A DNA stretch of 64,000 nt, taken from an uncultured Verrucomicrobia subdivision 3 bacterium (lineage in GTDB: Bacteria > Verrucomicrobiota > Verrucomicrobiia > Limisphaerales > UBA11358). Location of the stretch: NCBI GenBank assembly GCA_903875465.1, contig CAIQWB010000135.1, forward strand, positions 8,962 through 72,961, given 5' to 3'. Shown one piece after another: positions 1 through 10,269 of this stretch (within the stretch, counting starts at the first letter, position 1; every line of letters begins with the position of its first letter). The position numbers were made by a program, and so were the translations under genes. The notes beneath the pieces are model-generated. The model did not search any database. It was not told the origin of the DNA and saw only the letters and a list, made by a program, of their open reading frames with translations.

Positions 1-566
1 TGCTCCGCCTTCTCGTCCTTCGCCGGACGGCTGAAACCGGTGGCCACCGGGTCAATGAACACCAGGTCGCTCGCCCCCAGCAGTGAATAATTGTTGTCCA
101 CCAAACCGAAGGGCGGCGGCGGCAGGGTGCCATCAGGATTCATCCGCACCCGGCGCGGCCCCAATGCACCCAAATGCAGCCAAACCGAGGACGAACCTGG
201 CCCGCCGTTGAACGAGAAAGTGACCGGCCGGGTGGCCGTGTTGGTTTGGTCGAGCCGGGTGTAGGCGATGTAAAATACCGAGGCTCGGGGGGTGCCATCC
301 TCTTTCAAGAGCGGCAGCATGCCCGTTTCGGCGACATATTTCACCGCTTCGCCGGCAATCGTGACCGTGTTGGTGGTAAACACGGGTTTGTGCGTCGCAT
401 CAGGAATGCTCGCCACCTCATTCTTGGCGTCCTCACCCTTCTCCCCTTTGGGCGCGTCGCCTTTGGCCCCGTGCAGGTGCGCGGGCGCATTGGTCGCCGG
501 CGCCTCGTCCGCCGCAAGCAAATTCGTGGCCACGGCGATTAACAAAATCGATAATGCTTTTTTCAT
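1..566 (-). CDS. Peptidase S10 (serine carboxypeptidase) family, secreted; 3' part runs off the window edge
   Basis: Not in the ORF track. Manual translation from ATG 566 gives the signal peptide MKKALSILLIAVATNLLAA and the S10 motifs RPVTFSFNGGPGSSSVWLHLG and DLVFIDPVATGFS. Confidence 0.9.
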   Translation of the reverse strand, partial: MKKALSILLIAVATNLLAADEAPATNAPAHLHGAKGDAPKGEKGEDAKNEVASIPDATHKPVFTTNTVTIAGEAVKYVAETGMLPLLKEDGTPRASVFYIAYTRLDQTNTATRPVTFSFNGGPGSSSVWLHLGALGPRRVRMNPDGTLPPPPFGLVDNNYSLLGASDLVFIDPVATGFSRPAKDEKAE

Positions 567-923
567 TTTTTCCTTAATCGAACTAAAAAATATTCCTACC
601 CCTGTTTAACCGCAGCTTAGCCCGTTCGAACGCAAATGCCACCAAAAAACACCCCATTTTGCGTTCTTCAGACTATTTTATGGCCTAACCCACCATTCCG
701 GCTCCCCGTTTGCAGCTCCGCCCCGACCCCGCAGACCCACCCAAAGTCGCTGTTAAATAGCAATCATTACTATATTTTATCCAGTCTATAATTAAAGTGA
801 ATCTACCCCGTTTCCCCCACCCCAAACGCTCGCCACTCGGGTTCCCAATCCTTCAATTTCGGCCCATTTAATGATCTTTTACGTTATTTCTTAATTTTCG
901 CAAAAAGGTTTGCCTGGCCTCAC

Positions 924-2165
924 CTATTCGTCCGCCGGGCCCGGATATTGTTTGGGGGCCCCATATTTTAAGCCGATATTCTGCTCGTATTCGCCGAGCT
1001 TTTTGGTGGGGGCATCATCCTGCCGCGCCTTGAACTCCAAATTCAAATGGGCAATGCGGGACCGGGCGCTGTCCGCCACCGGCAGGTTGGGAAAAGTGTC
1101 CACGATTTTCTGCAAGGTTTGGCGCACCGTTTCCACCTCCGCACCGTGCCGGATTTGCAAATTGGCCAGAACCGTCAGCCAGTGGGCCACCCGTTTGGGG
1201 GGCTGGTCAGGCAGGTTGATCATCTGCGCGAGTTCGCCCACCGCCAGATCCAGCCGGTGAAAGTGGTCCGCATAAATGACGGCCAGTTTTTCCCGAATAT
1301 CCGTGTCATGAGGATGCTGGTCCAGATGCTTGACGTATTCCCCCGCCAGCTTGCCCGGATTTTCGGCCTCCGGCACCAAAAACTCGGTGGAGCTCATCAG
1401 CCCCACATTATCCACGCCATGCGGCACGGCCATGGCCTGACGGTCGTATTTGCCCAGGAGAATCTTTTCCGCCCCTCCCAGATGGCCGATGCGCTGGCCC
1501 GCAGCCACGGCCATATCGCTATTGGGAAACCGGGCGATAATACCCTCCAGCACCGTGCGGGCGGAATCTGGGTCCTGAGCGAGTTGCAGGTGCCAGTCGG
1601 CGAGTTGCGTGAGGGCGGCGGCGATTTGTTTGGGCGGGGCTTTGGGCGCCGCGCAAAAGCGGTTAATGGTCATTTCCGCAGAAGGAATGTCCTTCATGTC
1701 CTCCGCCTGAATGCGGGCCAGCATGGAAATACCTTCGTAATCGTTCGGAAATTTGGCCAGCTGCTCGCGAATGGCCAGGGTGGCCTCCAGGTATTTGCCC
1801 CGCTGCCGCTTGGCCATGGCCGTGGAGTAAAGTGGTTTGGCGTCCTGCGGTTCGTTGCCACCGTCAAACAGGCCGGTGATGGGTCTGGTGATAATTTCGC
1901 TGATGGCAGGGGTCCAGAGCACGGACATGACAATGCCGATGAAAACAATGATAAAGGGAGCGAGCCAGCCGACCTGACCACCCACCACCAGCTTGGCCGC
2001 AAAGCAAAATCCCCCGACGGCCACGATGTAGGTAATGATCCATTTACCAATCAAGGCCTTGGGATCATCGCTCGTCTTCAAGGCGCGAAGGGAAAACCAA
2101 ATGAGGGCAAATAGGCCCACGAGCGCCAGGGCGCTATCCAGCAGATATGCCAGTTTGTTGGTCAT
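924..2165 (-). CDS. Membrane-anchored tetratricopeptide-repeat-like protein
   Basis: Three N-terminal hydrophobic segments, then helical repeats (LEGIIARFPNSDMAVAA; LQKIVDTFPNLPVADSA). ATG 2165 preferred over 2204. Confidence 0.7.
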   Translation of the reverse strand: MTNKLAYLLDSALALVGLFALIWFSLRALKTSDDPKALIGKWIITYIVAVGGFCFAAKLVVGGQVGWLAPFIIVFIGIVMSVLWTPAISEIITRPITGLFDGGNEPQDAKPLYSTAMAKRQRGKYLEATLAIREQLAKFPNDYEGISMLARIQAEDMKDIPSAEMTINRFCAAPKAPPKQIAAALTQLADWHLQLAQDPDSARTVLEGIIARFPNSDMAVAAGQRIGHLGGAEKILLGKYDRQAMAVPHGVDNVGLMSSTEFLVPEAENPGKLAGEYVKHLDQHPHDTDIREKLAVIYADHFHRLDLAVGELAQMINLPDQPPKRVAHWLTVLANLQIRHGAEVETVRQTLQKIVDTFPNLPVADSARSRIAHLNLEFKARQDDAPTKKLGEYEQNIGLKYGAPKQYPGPADE

Positions 2166-2216
2166 GCCAGGGTTAAAGCTCTTCCTCTTGCTGACGATGC
2201 GCAAGGAAAAAGGCGG

Positions 2217-2651
2217 CTAGCGGTAACGATATGGCCTGGCCATGGGAAAGGTGTTCGGCAGATGCCTGATTTCAACCACTTGCTCGCCTTGCATGATGAC
2301 TTCGACAATATCAAAACGGATTTTCACCGGGGGATTGCGAATGGCTTGCAAATAATCCAGCGCCGTCTGGCTGAGCAAACGGCGTTTGCGGGCATCAACG
2401 AAGGCGGCGGGGCGGGTCCAGCCGCCGGGGGCACGGGTTTTCACTTCCACGAATGCCAGGCAATCACCCTCCTGAAACACGAGGTCGATTTCACCGCGCT
2501 TAGACCGGTAATTTCGCACGAGAAATTTCCAGCCCAACTTGCGCAAGTAGGCCTCGGCCGCCCGCTCACCAGCGGCACCCCGCAGCAAGTGCGCCGGTTG
2601 ATTCGGCGGCCCCGTAAACCAGGCTTTGATGTGTGCGAAAAGATTCAACAC
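2217..2651 (-). CDS. yraN: YraN family (UPF0102) putative endonuclease
   Basis: Motifs GAAGERAA, RNYRSKRGEIDLV, FVEVKTR and RFDIV. Confidence 0.9.
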   Translation of the reverse strand: MLNLFAHIKAWFTGPPNQPAHLLRGAAGERAAEAYLRKLGWKFLVRNYRSKRGEIDLVFQEGDCLAFVEVKTRAPGGWTRPAAFVDARKRRLLSQTALDYLQAIRNPPVKIRFDIVEVIMQGEQVVEIRHLPNTFPMARPYRYR

Positions 2652-2716
2652 CGCCGATTGAACCTAAATTTCAAAGCGTGACAATCCAAATCCAAGGCGA
2701 TGGCCCATCACACAGT

Positions 2717-4180
2717 TCAACCCAACCGCGCTTTCCACCCGGCCAGCTGGTTCGCAACCTCCTTTGTGCCCGGGGCACCCGTGATATTGCGCTTGGCCAT
2801 GGCGGTTTCAAGGTCGAACACGGCGAGGGCTTCGGGGGCAAAGGTTTTGTCGATGGATTGCAGCTCGGCCAGGGTAAGCTGGTTCAGCGGCTTTCCGCTC
2901 TTTTCGGAAAGCCCAACGACCGCCCCCACGACGTGGTGGGCCTGCCGGAAAGGCATGCCTTTGAGAACGAGGTAATCGGCCAGGTCGGTGGCCAGCAACG
3001 AGGGGTCGCTGGCAGCGGCAGCACAGACGGCGGCGTTGATTTTAGTGTGTTCCAGCATGGCCGCCATGAGGCGGGTCGAGGCGCGGACGGTGTCGGCGGT
3101 GTCAAACAGGCGTTCCTTGTCCTCCTGCAAATCCCGGTTATAGGTCATGGGCAGGCCTTTGAGCAGGGTGAGCAGGGAAATGAGGTTGCCGAAGACACGG
3201 CCGGTTTTGCCCCGCACAAGTTCGGCGATGTCCGGGTTTTTCTTCTGCGGCATCAAGGAGGAGCCAGTGGTGTAGGCATCGGCGATCTTGATGAAGTTAA
3301 ACTCGGCACCCGCCCACAGAATCATATCCTCGGCCAGGCGGGAGAGGTGAACTGCCAGGAGCGCGGCGGCGGCGGCGAATTCGACGACGAAATCACGATC
3401 GCTGACGGCATCCATGGAGTTTTGGGTGATGCGCGGCTGGCCCGTGGCGTCCACAAAACCGAGCTGGCGGGCGACGAATTCGCGATCCAGAGGCAGCGTG
3501 GACCCGGCGATGGCACCGCTGCCGAGGGGGCAGACATTGAGGCGAGCCTGGCCATCGGCCAGCCGGCCGGTGTCTCGCTGCAACATTTCGACATAGGCGA
3601 GGAGATGATGCGCGAGGTAGACGGGCTGGGCGCGCTGAAGATGGGTGAAGCCGGGGATGATGACCTCAGCATTAGCAGCCCCGAGGTTGACGAGGGCGCG
3701 CTGGAGGCCGGCGATGTCGGACCGCAAGGCGGTGATTTCATCACGCAACCAAAGGCGGACATCGAGGGCCACCTGATCGTTGCGGGAGCGGGCGGTGTGG
3801 AGTTTGGCCCCGGCGGGGATCCGGCGGGTAAGCTCGGCCTCAATGTTCATATGAACATCTTCCAGCTCGGGTTTCCAGGTAAAATTGCCGGTCTCAATAT
3901 CCTGCTGGATATCAGCGAGGCCACGGGCGATGGCGGATTCTTCAACCTTGCTGAGCACACCGATCTGACGGAGCATGGCGGCATGGGCCAGCGAACCTTG
4001 GATGTCGTGCCGCCAAAGGCGCCAGTCGAAGGAGATGGATTCAGTAAATTGGGCGACGTCGGCACCGGGACCACTGGAGAAGCGGCCGCTGCGGGAGACC
4101 GGAGCGGATTGGGGCGACGGTTTGGTCGTTTTCGATTTGGTGCCTTTCGACAGGCGCACGGATGATTTCGGCATGGGCAT
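2717..4180 (-). CDS. argH: Argininosuccinate lyase
   Basis: Motifs EDVHMNIE, LHTARSRNDQVA, GFTHLQRAQP, the signature GSSLMPQKKNPD, and YNRDLQEDKE. Confidence 0.97.
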   Translation of the reverse strand: MPMPKSSVRLSKGTKSKTTKPSPQSAPVSRSGRFSSGPGADVAQFTESISFDWRLWRHDIQGSLAHAAMLRQIGVLSKVEESAIARGLADIQQDIETGNFTWKPELEDVHMNIEAELTRRIPAGAKLHTARSRNDQVALDVRLWLRDEITALRSDIAGLQRALVNLGAANAEVIIPGFTHLQRAQPVYLAHHLLAYVEMLQRDTGRLADGQARLNVCPLGSGAIAGSTLPLDREFVARQLGFVDATGQPRITQNSMDAVSDRDFVVEFAAAAALLAVHLSRLAEDMILWAGAEFNFIKIADAYTTGSSLMPQKKNPDIAELVRGKTGRVFGNLISLLTLLKGLPMTYNRDLQEDKERLFDTADTVRASTRLMAAMLEHTKINAAVCAAAASDPSLLATDLADYLVLKGMPFRQAHHVVGAVVGLSEKSGKPLNQLTLAELQSIDKTFAPEALAVFDLETAMAKRNITGAPGTKEVANQLAGWKARLG

Positions 4181-4216
4181 AGGCTTTGGAATTATCTAAG
4201 GAAATTCAATACCAAA

Positions 4217-7200
4217 CTAAACTTCCACCGTACGACTGACGGCGAGGAAGTGGAGCCAGCGGCGGGCGACGGGCAGGTTATAAATTTTGGCAAGGGCGGC
4301 CGCGTAGAGTTTGACTTGCGGGGCGTACCGGGTGGTTTTGGAGGCTATTTCGCCGGGGGCTAGGGCGTCGGTTTTAAAGTCCACAAGCCAGATGGCTTTC
4401 GGGAGCAGGACAATGAGGTCGGCGACGCCTTGAATGACCACAAATTCACCGGCCAGTTCGAGCGCCTTATCCGGGTCGGTCGGCAAATTTAAGAGTTCGG
4501 CCAGTTCGGCCGGGGTAAATCGCGCGGTAAAGGGTAATTCGCGGCGCACGTCGGGAGATTGCTCGCGAATTTCAGCGCCCACCCCGGAGAGCCAAAAGGC
4601 GGCGATAGCCGGCAGGTCGAGGGCGGCGCGTTCGTCGGGGGATAATACTCGTTCGGAAGCTAGGCGATGGGCCTCAGTATGCAGATTGGCCAGGGAATTG
4701 GTCAGGTCCAGGTCAACGTGCTGGAGAAATTTATGATGGGCGGTGCCAATTTCGGCGGCGGTCAGGCGGGACCAGCCCCGGCCCAGTTGCCGGCGCTCAA
4801 GGTTATCCCAAGCGGCTTCCGAGAAAAGCGGCTGGGCCTCGTCCTCCAGCAAATCATCCACCTGCCGGCGCAGGGCGGTGACGGAGGTTTTGGCCTTTTC
4901 CCTGGTGGCGGCAGCAAATGGATAATGCCAGGTCAGGCTCGTTTGGAGGCGCTGGAAGGTGGCGGCATCCAGCGGAGGGAGCATGGGTTGAACCGGCAAC
5001 AGGCTGGCGGTGGTCTGGACCGCCAGTTCAGCTTCCTCCACCAAGCGCCAGCGCAAGTGCGGCAGGTCGCCGGCGGCACCGGGGATGCCACTGTTTTGCT
5101 GGGCGAACCAGAGGCCGATCCAGTCGGCATAACTGATGGCGGCGAGAATGCGCTGGGCGGTGATGGGTTCAGTTTGAACCCAACAGTCAGCCCATTTTTT
5201 CTCGGTGACGCTGCCGGTCAAAATCAGGGTGTCGCGGGCGCGGGTGAGGGCGACGTATAAAAGGCGCAATTCCTCGCCGGCAGCCTCCCGGCGCTGGGCT
5301 TGCTGGGCCAGCCAGTGGGGGAGGCTGGGATAGCTGCGGCCGGTCTGCGGCGGTTTGACGCGCGGACAGAGGCCGTAAGTTTCATCGAAAATAATTTCTG
5401 CACGGCGGTCTTGGGTATTGAAGGCCTTGGACAGATCGGCGAGGGCCACCACAGGAAATTCCAACCCCTTGCTTTGGTGAATGCTCATGAGCCGAACAGC
5501 ATTTTCCGCCAGAACCAAGGCCACCTCGGGTTCCACCTCGGCGGCCTGCTGGACCTCAATGAATTTTAAAAAGCGGGACAATCCCTGTTGCTGGAACTGG
5601 TCGAATTGTTCCGCCAGTGAGAGCAACCGCCGGACATTGGCCTGGCGCTGGGCACCACGCGGACGGCTGCCGAGCCACTCCTGATAATGGGTATCCAACA
5701 GCACCGTTTCGAGGCAGGGAACGAGCGGGGCCTGACGCGCGAGCCGGCGCCACCGTTCGTAGCGCTCCAAGAAGGTCGCGATCTTCTGGCGCATTTCCGC
5801 CGGCAGTGATTCGCCCGCCTGATGACTCCGGTTCAGGGCAGTCCAAAAATGCTCCCGGGAGACGGCCAGCCGCATTTGGGCCAGCTCATCCAATGACAAC
5901 CCAACCAATGGGGAGCGCAGCACGGCAATGGTAGGGACGTCCTGCAGCGGATTGTCGAGCAATTGGAGCACGCTCAACAAATCGCTAATCTCCGCGCTCT
6001 GATAAAAGCCGCCGCGCTCGACGACCAGGGGGATGCCGGCGCGATCAAATTCCCGCGCGTAAATCTCCGCCTTGCTGCCCGGGGCTCGCAAGAGCACGGC
6101 CATGTCGCGCCATGTCACAGGGCGAAATTTGTTGGCGGCCCCATCGTAAATTTCATGGCCCTCGGCACGCAAAGCTACCAGCCGGCGGGCGAGGAGACGG
6201 GCCTCTTTCTCGGCATTATCCAGGTCGGCAAAGGTCTCCGCACCTGCCTCGGCCGCAGGTTCTTCCAGCGGGCCGGCTTCATCGCGCCCGGGTTTACGCA
6301 GAAGCAACAGCTCAGCGCGCGGGGGCGCAGTGGGCAAAGTGGAAAATTCGGGGCGGGTGGCAGGGGAACCGAACTGCAAACGGGCCTCGGCATCGTAATT
6401 CACGCCGCCAAATTCCTCCCGCATGAGCGGTTCGAAGACTTGGTTCACCCAAGTCAGGAGACCTTCGCGACTGCGGAAGTTTTCGGAGAGCGCGAGCGTT
6501 TGCCCGCTGCCGGCGCGCCAGTCGCGGGCGTAGGCGCGGAAAATTTTGGGATCGGCGAGTCGGAAGCGATAGATGCTCTGCTTGACGTCACCCACCAGGA
6601 AGCGATTGGCAGCTTCCCCGGTGCGGCTCAGGGCGGAGATGATTTTATCCTGCGCGGCGTTGATGTCCTGGTACTCGTCCACGAAGACAAACTTGAGGCG
6701 TTCCTGCCAGCGCAGGGCGATGGGGGTGGGCTGGTCAGCAGTAAAATCCCAGAGCAGGGTGAGGGCGAATTGTTCGAGGTCGTGAAAGTCCACCACGCCA
6801 TCTTCTAATTTGCGCCGGGAGAACTGGTGCGAAAACGCACGGGCGAGTTCCAGCAGGGTGACCAGGTGGTGCCGGGTCCAATCCCAATCCTCAAGCAGGG
6901 GATCCTTGCCCTCGGGACAGCGGCCGAGGGAGCCGAAAAATTCGGCATCCTCGAACAAGGATTTTAACGGTTTGGACAGAATGGTTTTTTGTTTGGGCGG
7001 CCAGATTTCGGACGCGGCCTGGATGGCGGTGAGCGTTTCTGCGGCCTGGATGCGCGTGAAGGGTGGGAAGAGCCGACGCAGAAGGTCGAGGAGTTCGGCG
7101 GCTTTGACGTTGATGGCGCGCAGTTGTTCCAGGCGGGGCAGCCATCCGGCACGCCACTCCGCAATGGCCGTCAGCAACCAACCGGTCCAGAGCACGGGTT

Positions 7201-7819
7201 CGGGCGGGGCGAAGCTGGCGATCTGGCGGGTCAGCCAGCCTTCGGCATCCGGACGGGTCTGCGCGTAATTGTGCAGCCGCAAAACGAGTTGGCGGATTTT
7301 TTCATCGCGTCCGCCGCCATGGATTTGGATCAGACTTTGGACGGCCAGGTCAAATGGGGATTCGCCGCCATAATGGCCTTGCAGAATTTCTTCCAGGGTT
7401 TCCTCCGCGCGGAGGCGGGCCTCCCCGGTTTCGAGCACGGCGAGGTCGGGGTCCAGGCCCAGTTCGTGAAAATGCTCGCGCACGAGTTTAAGGCAAAAAC
7501 TGTGCAGGGTGCCGATGTGCGCGGTGTCGAAGAGGGCGAGTTGTTCGCGGCTGTGCAGATCGTCAGGCTGGGTCTGGGCGAGGTCATCGAGTGCGCGGCG
7601 GAGACGCTGGCGCATTTCGGCGGCAGCGGCCTCGGTGAAGGTGACAACGAGCAATTCGTCGAGTGCCGCGCCATCATCACGGAGACAGGCGAGAATCCTC
7701 TGGATAAGGGTGTGAGTTTTACCCGTGCCGGCGCCGGCCATGACGAGCACATTGCCACGCGCAGCCACGGCCGCCGCCTGGGAGGGCGTCAGACCGGAAG
7801 GGGTGGGAGGCGGAGTCAT
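4217..7819 (-). CDS. addA: ATP-dependent helicase/nuclease subunit A (AddA; UvrD-type helicase with C-terminal PD-(D/E)XK nuclease)
   Basis: Walker A AGAGTGKT, VDEYQD, GDVKQSIYRFR, HQSKGLEF, YVALTRA; nuclease motifs GVADL..VDFKT..QVKLY; 1200 aa. Confidence 0.92.
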   Translation of the reverse strand: MTPPPTPSGLTPSQAAAVAARGNVLVMAGAGTGKTHTLIQRILACLRDDGAALDELLVVTFTEAAAAEMRQRLRRALDDLAQTQPDDLHSREQLALFDTAHIGTLHSFCLKLVREHFHELGLDPDLAVLETGEARLRAEETLEEILQGHYGGESPFDLAVQSLIQIHGGGRDEKIRQLVLRLHNYAQTRPDAEGWLTRQIASFAPPEPVLWTGWLLTAIAEWRAGWLPRLEQLRAINVKAAELLDLLRRLFPPFTRIQAAETLTAIQAASEIWPPKQKTILSKPLKSLFEDAEFFGSLGRCPEGKDPLLEDWDWTRHHLVTLLELARAFSHQFSRRKLEDGVVDFHDLEQFALTLLWDFTADQPTPIALRWQERLKFVFVDEYQDINAAQDKIISALSRTGEAANRFLVGDVKQSIYRFRLADPKIFRAYARDWRAGSGQTLALSENFRSREGLLTWVNQVFEPLMREEFGGVNYDAEARLQFGSPATRPEFSTLPTAPPRAELLLLRKPGRDEAGPLEEPAAEAGAETFADLDNAEKEARLLARRLVALRAEGHEIYDGAANKFRPVTWRDMAVLLRAPGSKAEIYAREFDRAGIPLVVERGGFYQSAEISDLLSVLQLLDNPLQDVPTIAVLRSPLVGLSLDELAQMRLAVSREHFWTALNRSHQAGESLPAEMRQKIATFLERYERWRRLARQAPLVPCLETVLLDTHYQEWLGSRPRGAQRQANVRRLLSLAEQFDQFQQQGLSRFLKFIEVQQAAEVEPEVALVLAENAVRLMSIHQSKGLEFPVVALADLSKAFNTQDRRAEIIFDETYGLCPRVKPPQTGRSYPSLPHWLAQQAQRREAAGEELRLLYVALTRARDTLILTGSVTEKKWADCWVQTEPITAQRILAAISYADWIGLWFAQQNSGIPGAAGDLPHLRWRLVEEAELAVQTTASLLPVQPMLPPLDAATFQRLQTSLTWHYPFAAATREKAKTSVTALRRQVDDLLEDEAQPLFSEAAWDNLERRQLGRGWSRLTAAEIGTAHHKFLQHVDLDLTNSLANLHTEAHRLASERVLSPDERAALDLPAIAAFWLSGVGAEIREQSPDVRRELPFTARFTPAELAELLNLPTDPDKALELAGEFVVIQGVADLIVLLPKAIWLVDFKTDALAPGEIASKTTRYAPQVKLYAAALAKIYNLPVARRWLHFLAVSRTVEV

Positions 7820-7876
7820 GCGACGGCGGGAAGCGTAGCAGGACCACCGCAGGCGGAAACTGCAAAAATTAAACTT

Positions 7877-8221
7877 CTAGGAATACGGACAATGCCGGCA
7901 GCCGGAGCTACAACAGTAACCGCGGCGTAAATGGTGGGCGGCGGTGAAGACCATCAGGCCATGCTCGAAATAAAAATCGCCAGGCTGGATTTTGGGCGGT
8001 CTTGGGTGGGTGCGATGCCAGGTGGTGATGCAGTTCTGACAGAGGCACACTTGGTTGTGCTGGTCAGGCGGAATTTGTGCCAGCAGGGCATCGGGGATTT
8101 CCACTTGGGCACACCAACAGGGGCCTTTGTAAGCGGCGGCGGTACAGAGCTGGCATTCGTTGGGCTGGTGGCACAACGGGCACTGGGAGGGTTCCACGGT
8201 AGCGTTGGCGGGGGGCGTCAC
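7877..8221 (-). CDS. Small Cys-rich protein: CWC-type domain fused to a DUF5522-like domain
   Basis: N-half CPLC..NEC..C..CWC..CLCQNC; C-half [31 protein letters not shown]. Its start overlaps the upstream stop (ATGA at 8218-8221). Confidence 0.8.
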   Translation of the reverse strand: MTPPANATVEPSQCPLCHQPNECQLCTAAAYKGPCWCAQVEIPDALLAQIPPDQHNQVCLCQNCITTWHRTHPRPPKIQPGDFYFEHGLMVFTAAHHLRRGYCCSSGCRHCPYS

Positions 8222-9099
8222 GGCACGGTCAGGATTTCCGGCCGCAACCGGCCGAGAGACTGTCCGGAAAGGCGTGGGTCAAAGGAACCAGGCACGGGTT
8301 TTTCCAGTTCCACATGGCCATCTGCCCGGGTGCCACCGGCCAACTGATTGTGCCGAAAATGGGCGTTGGGATAGGTGGAATTGGTGTCCACGTAATAAAA
8401 CTCCTCGAACATCGGATGCGTGCGCGAGGCGGGGGCCTGGAAGTCATTGATCTCGGCGGCATCGGCGAAGGTCACGGTATCGGCCGGGTGCATCAGGCTG
8501 CTAGCGGCCACGGGCTTTTGCGTGGGTCCGGCAAAGAGGTAGGTGTTGCAACCATAGCTGAATACCACATTGGTCGCCTTGAGCTTAAACATCGGCGAGG
8601 CGTAATTCAACGCTGGGCATAACCGCAGGTTGCCGCCGCGCAAATAGGAATAAAGCACCCCGCTCGTCAAATCGAACGAGCGCTGCCCCTCCGCGCCGGA
8701 ACCCAGCCAGCCAAACCACCATTGCTGGCCGGTGGCGTCCACCAATCCACATTTGCGAAAGGCCAGCCCAGCATTGTCCCCGAGATATAGTTCGTTGGCG
8801 AGCCCCAGTTGCCGCAGGTTGGTCGCGCAATCGGCGCGTTGGGCGGAGGCTTTGGCCCGCACCAGGGCGGGGAGGAGCATGGCGGCCAGAATGGCGATGA
8901 TGGCCGTGACCACGAGAAGTTCGATGAGCGTGAAGGCTGACCGCCTGACGCCGGAAACTGCCATTGTCAAACTCCAAACTGCAGAGAAGCTGCAGCCCTT
9001 CAGATTTAAGAGCGATGACGGAGCGGATGCCTCGCGGGTTGTGACCGCGCCCGTCAACAGCTCGCCTGCATCGGGTTGATGGCTATGACGCGATTTCAT
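8218..9099 (-). CDS. Prepilin-type N-terminal cleavage/methylation protein with H-X9-DG domain
   Basis: RRSA|[33 protein letters not shown], and [15 protein letters not shown] 9099 overlaps the upstream stop (ATGA); alternative start 8964. Confidence 0.88.
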   Translation of the reverse strand: MKSRHSHQPDAGELLTGAVTTREASAPSSLLNLKGCSFSAVWSLTMAVSGVRRSAFTLIELLVVTAIIAILAAMLLPALVRAKASAQRADCATNLRQLGLANELYLGDNAGLAFRKCGLVDATGQQWWFGWLGSGAEGQRSFDLTSGVLYSYLRGGNLRLCPALNYASPMFKLKATNVVFSYGCNTYLFAGPTQKPVAASSLMHPADTVTFADAAEINDFQAPASRTHPMFEEFYYVDTNSTYPNAHFRHNQLAGGTRADGHVELEKPVPGSFDPRLSGQSLGRLRPEILTVP

Positions 9100-10046
9100 G
9101 GGCGCTGGGCGCTGATGCGGTAGCAGGAGTTGGTCGACGGCGGGGTGTGATCGAGCAGCAACAGGTTGGTGCTGGTGCCGGCGGTCGCGGGAGTCACGGA
9201 CTTCCAGGTGCGCAAATCGGTGGAGCGTTCCAAGGTGTAGGACCAATTGGTGCGGGTTTTTACAGAAACCGCCCAGACGCCGTTGGTAAAATAACCACTC
9301 AAATCTTGCACCGGCGGCGGGGGGAGGGTGAGGGTAAAATAGGTGAGCGTGCCCTTCGCCAGAATGTCATCACCAAAGCCATCGTCCTGATAGCTGCTGA
9401 TGGCGAGCGTATCCAACCGGAAATCGGTGATCGGCTGGCCGGGCTCAGTGTAGATGTTCGCGAACGTACTATAGGGCAGCCCGTCGGCCAATACTTGTCC
9501 GGCAATACTGGGGCTGCCGGCAGCGTGGGTCAGGGTTATCTCGTAGGTGACGCCGGGGTGGAGGGTAAGGTTGTCGTAGGCAAAATAGAAGTCGTTGCTG
9601 GCATCGATCAGCGTGGCGTCCATGGAATCACCAAAGCCGGTGTCCGGAAAATAATCGAATTCGAAGAGATCGGGCGAATTCACGCCGGAGCGGGAATAGG
9701 TGGAGTTGGTGACTTCCGACCATTGGCAGAGACCGACCGCCAGCTCCGAACCATAATTGAAGGCCACGGCATTGCTCACTTGCAATTCGAAACTCACTGT
9801 GAAGGCGTCCTCCAATGCCAGGGTGGTGCCAAGCGGATGGGCGAAATAGCTGTTGGTCTGGGTGGAATCCCAGGTGACTTCCACATTCTGGTTGGTGGCG
9901 TTCCAATGGAACAGGTTGGTATCCCCAAAGACGTGCCAGCCATTGGTCAGGGGATCACGGCTAAAATCCTCAGTAAAGGTGGCGGCAGGGGACAAAGAAA
10001 CGACAAACACGCCGGCCAAAGCCAGCAACACACAGACAATCTTCAT
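9096..10046 (-). CDS. Secreted beta-rich hypothetical protein with a conserved C-terminal domain; first gene after the B12 riboswitch
   Basis: Signal peptide [22 protein letters not shown], an acidic/aromatic beta-rich core, a PPPPV linker, and the C-terminal motif [12 protein letters not shown]...LLDHTP...YRISA. Confidence 0.75.
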   Translation of the reverse strand: MKIVCVLLALAGVFVVSLSPAATFTEDFSRDPLTNGWHVFGDTNLFHWNATNQNVEVTWDSTQTNSYFAHPLGTTLALEDAFTVSFELQVSNAVAFNYGSELAVGLCQWSEVTNSTYSRSGVNSPDLFEFDYFPDTGFGDSMDATLIDASNDFYFAYDNLTLHPGVTYEITLTHAAGSPSIAGQVLADGLPYSTFANIYTEPGQPITDFRLDTLAISSYQDDGFGDDILAKGTLTYFTLTLPPPPVQDLSGYFTNGVWAVSVKTRTNWSYTLERSTDLRTWKSVTPATAGTSTNLLLLDHTPPSTNSCYRISAQRP

Positions 10047-10269
10047 TTAGGACTGATCTTTCAATTGGTCCGCCGGAAAACAATTCTGGCTGACGGGTTG
10101 GGTTGAGAGACCAGTGCGAAGCTGGGGGGAGTTTAAAATGAAAACACCCCCAGACTCCGGCAAAACGGGGAATGAAGACATTCGACGAGCCCGGCCGAAA
10201 ACAGATCGGCAGGCTGGCCTCATCCTTCTCTTTGCGGAGAAGTGCCCCGAAAACGTTCGGAGCCGACGA

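Noticed and set aside
610-920. AT-rich 300-bp intergenic stretch checked for a tRNA or sRNA
   Set aside because: No cloverleaf or recognisable RNA motif; most simply the promoter region of the S10 peptidase.
2633-4165. 510-aa plus-strand ORF, and similar long ORFs at 1047-2114, 48393-49721 and 60517-62748
   Set aside because: Antisense shadows of well-supported genes (argH, TPR protein, MFS, GH2), expected in GC-rich DNA; no motifs.
9100-9246. N-terminal extension of the prepilin ORF to 9246
   Set aside because: Overlaps the upstream gene in another frame; the ATGA-coupled start at 9099 (or 8964) is more plausible.
10048-10064. taggactgatctttcaa resembles the right end of the transposase element (taggactgaccctttcaa, 36307-36324)
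   Set aside because: Short gapped match with no partner repeat or element nearby; probably chance.
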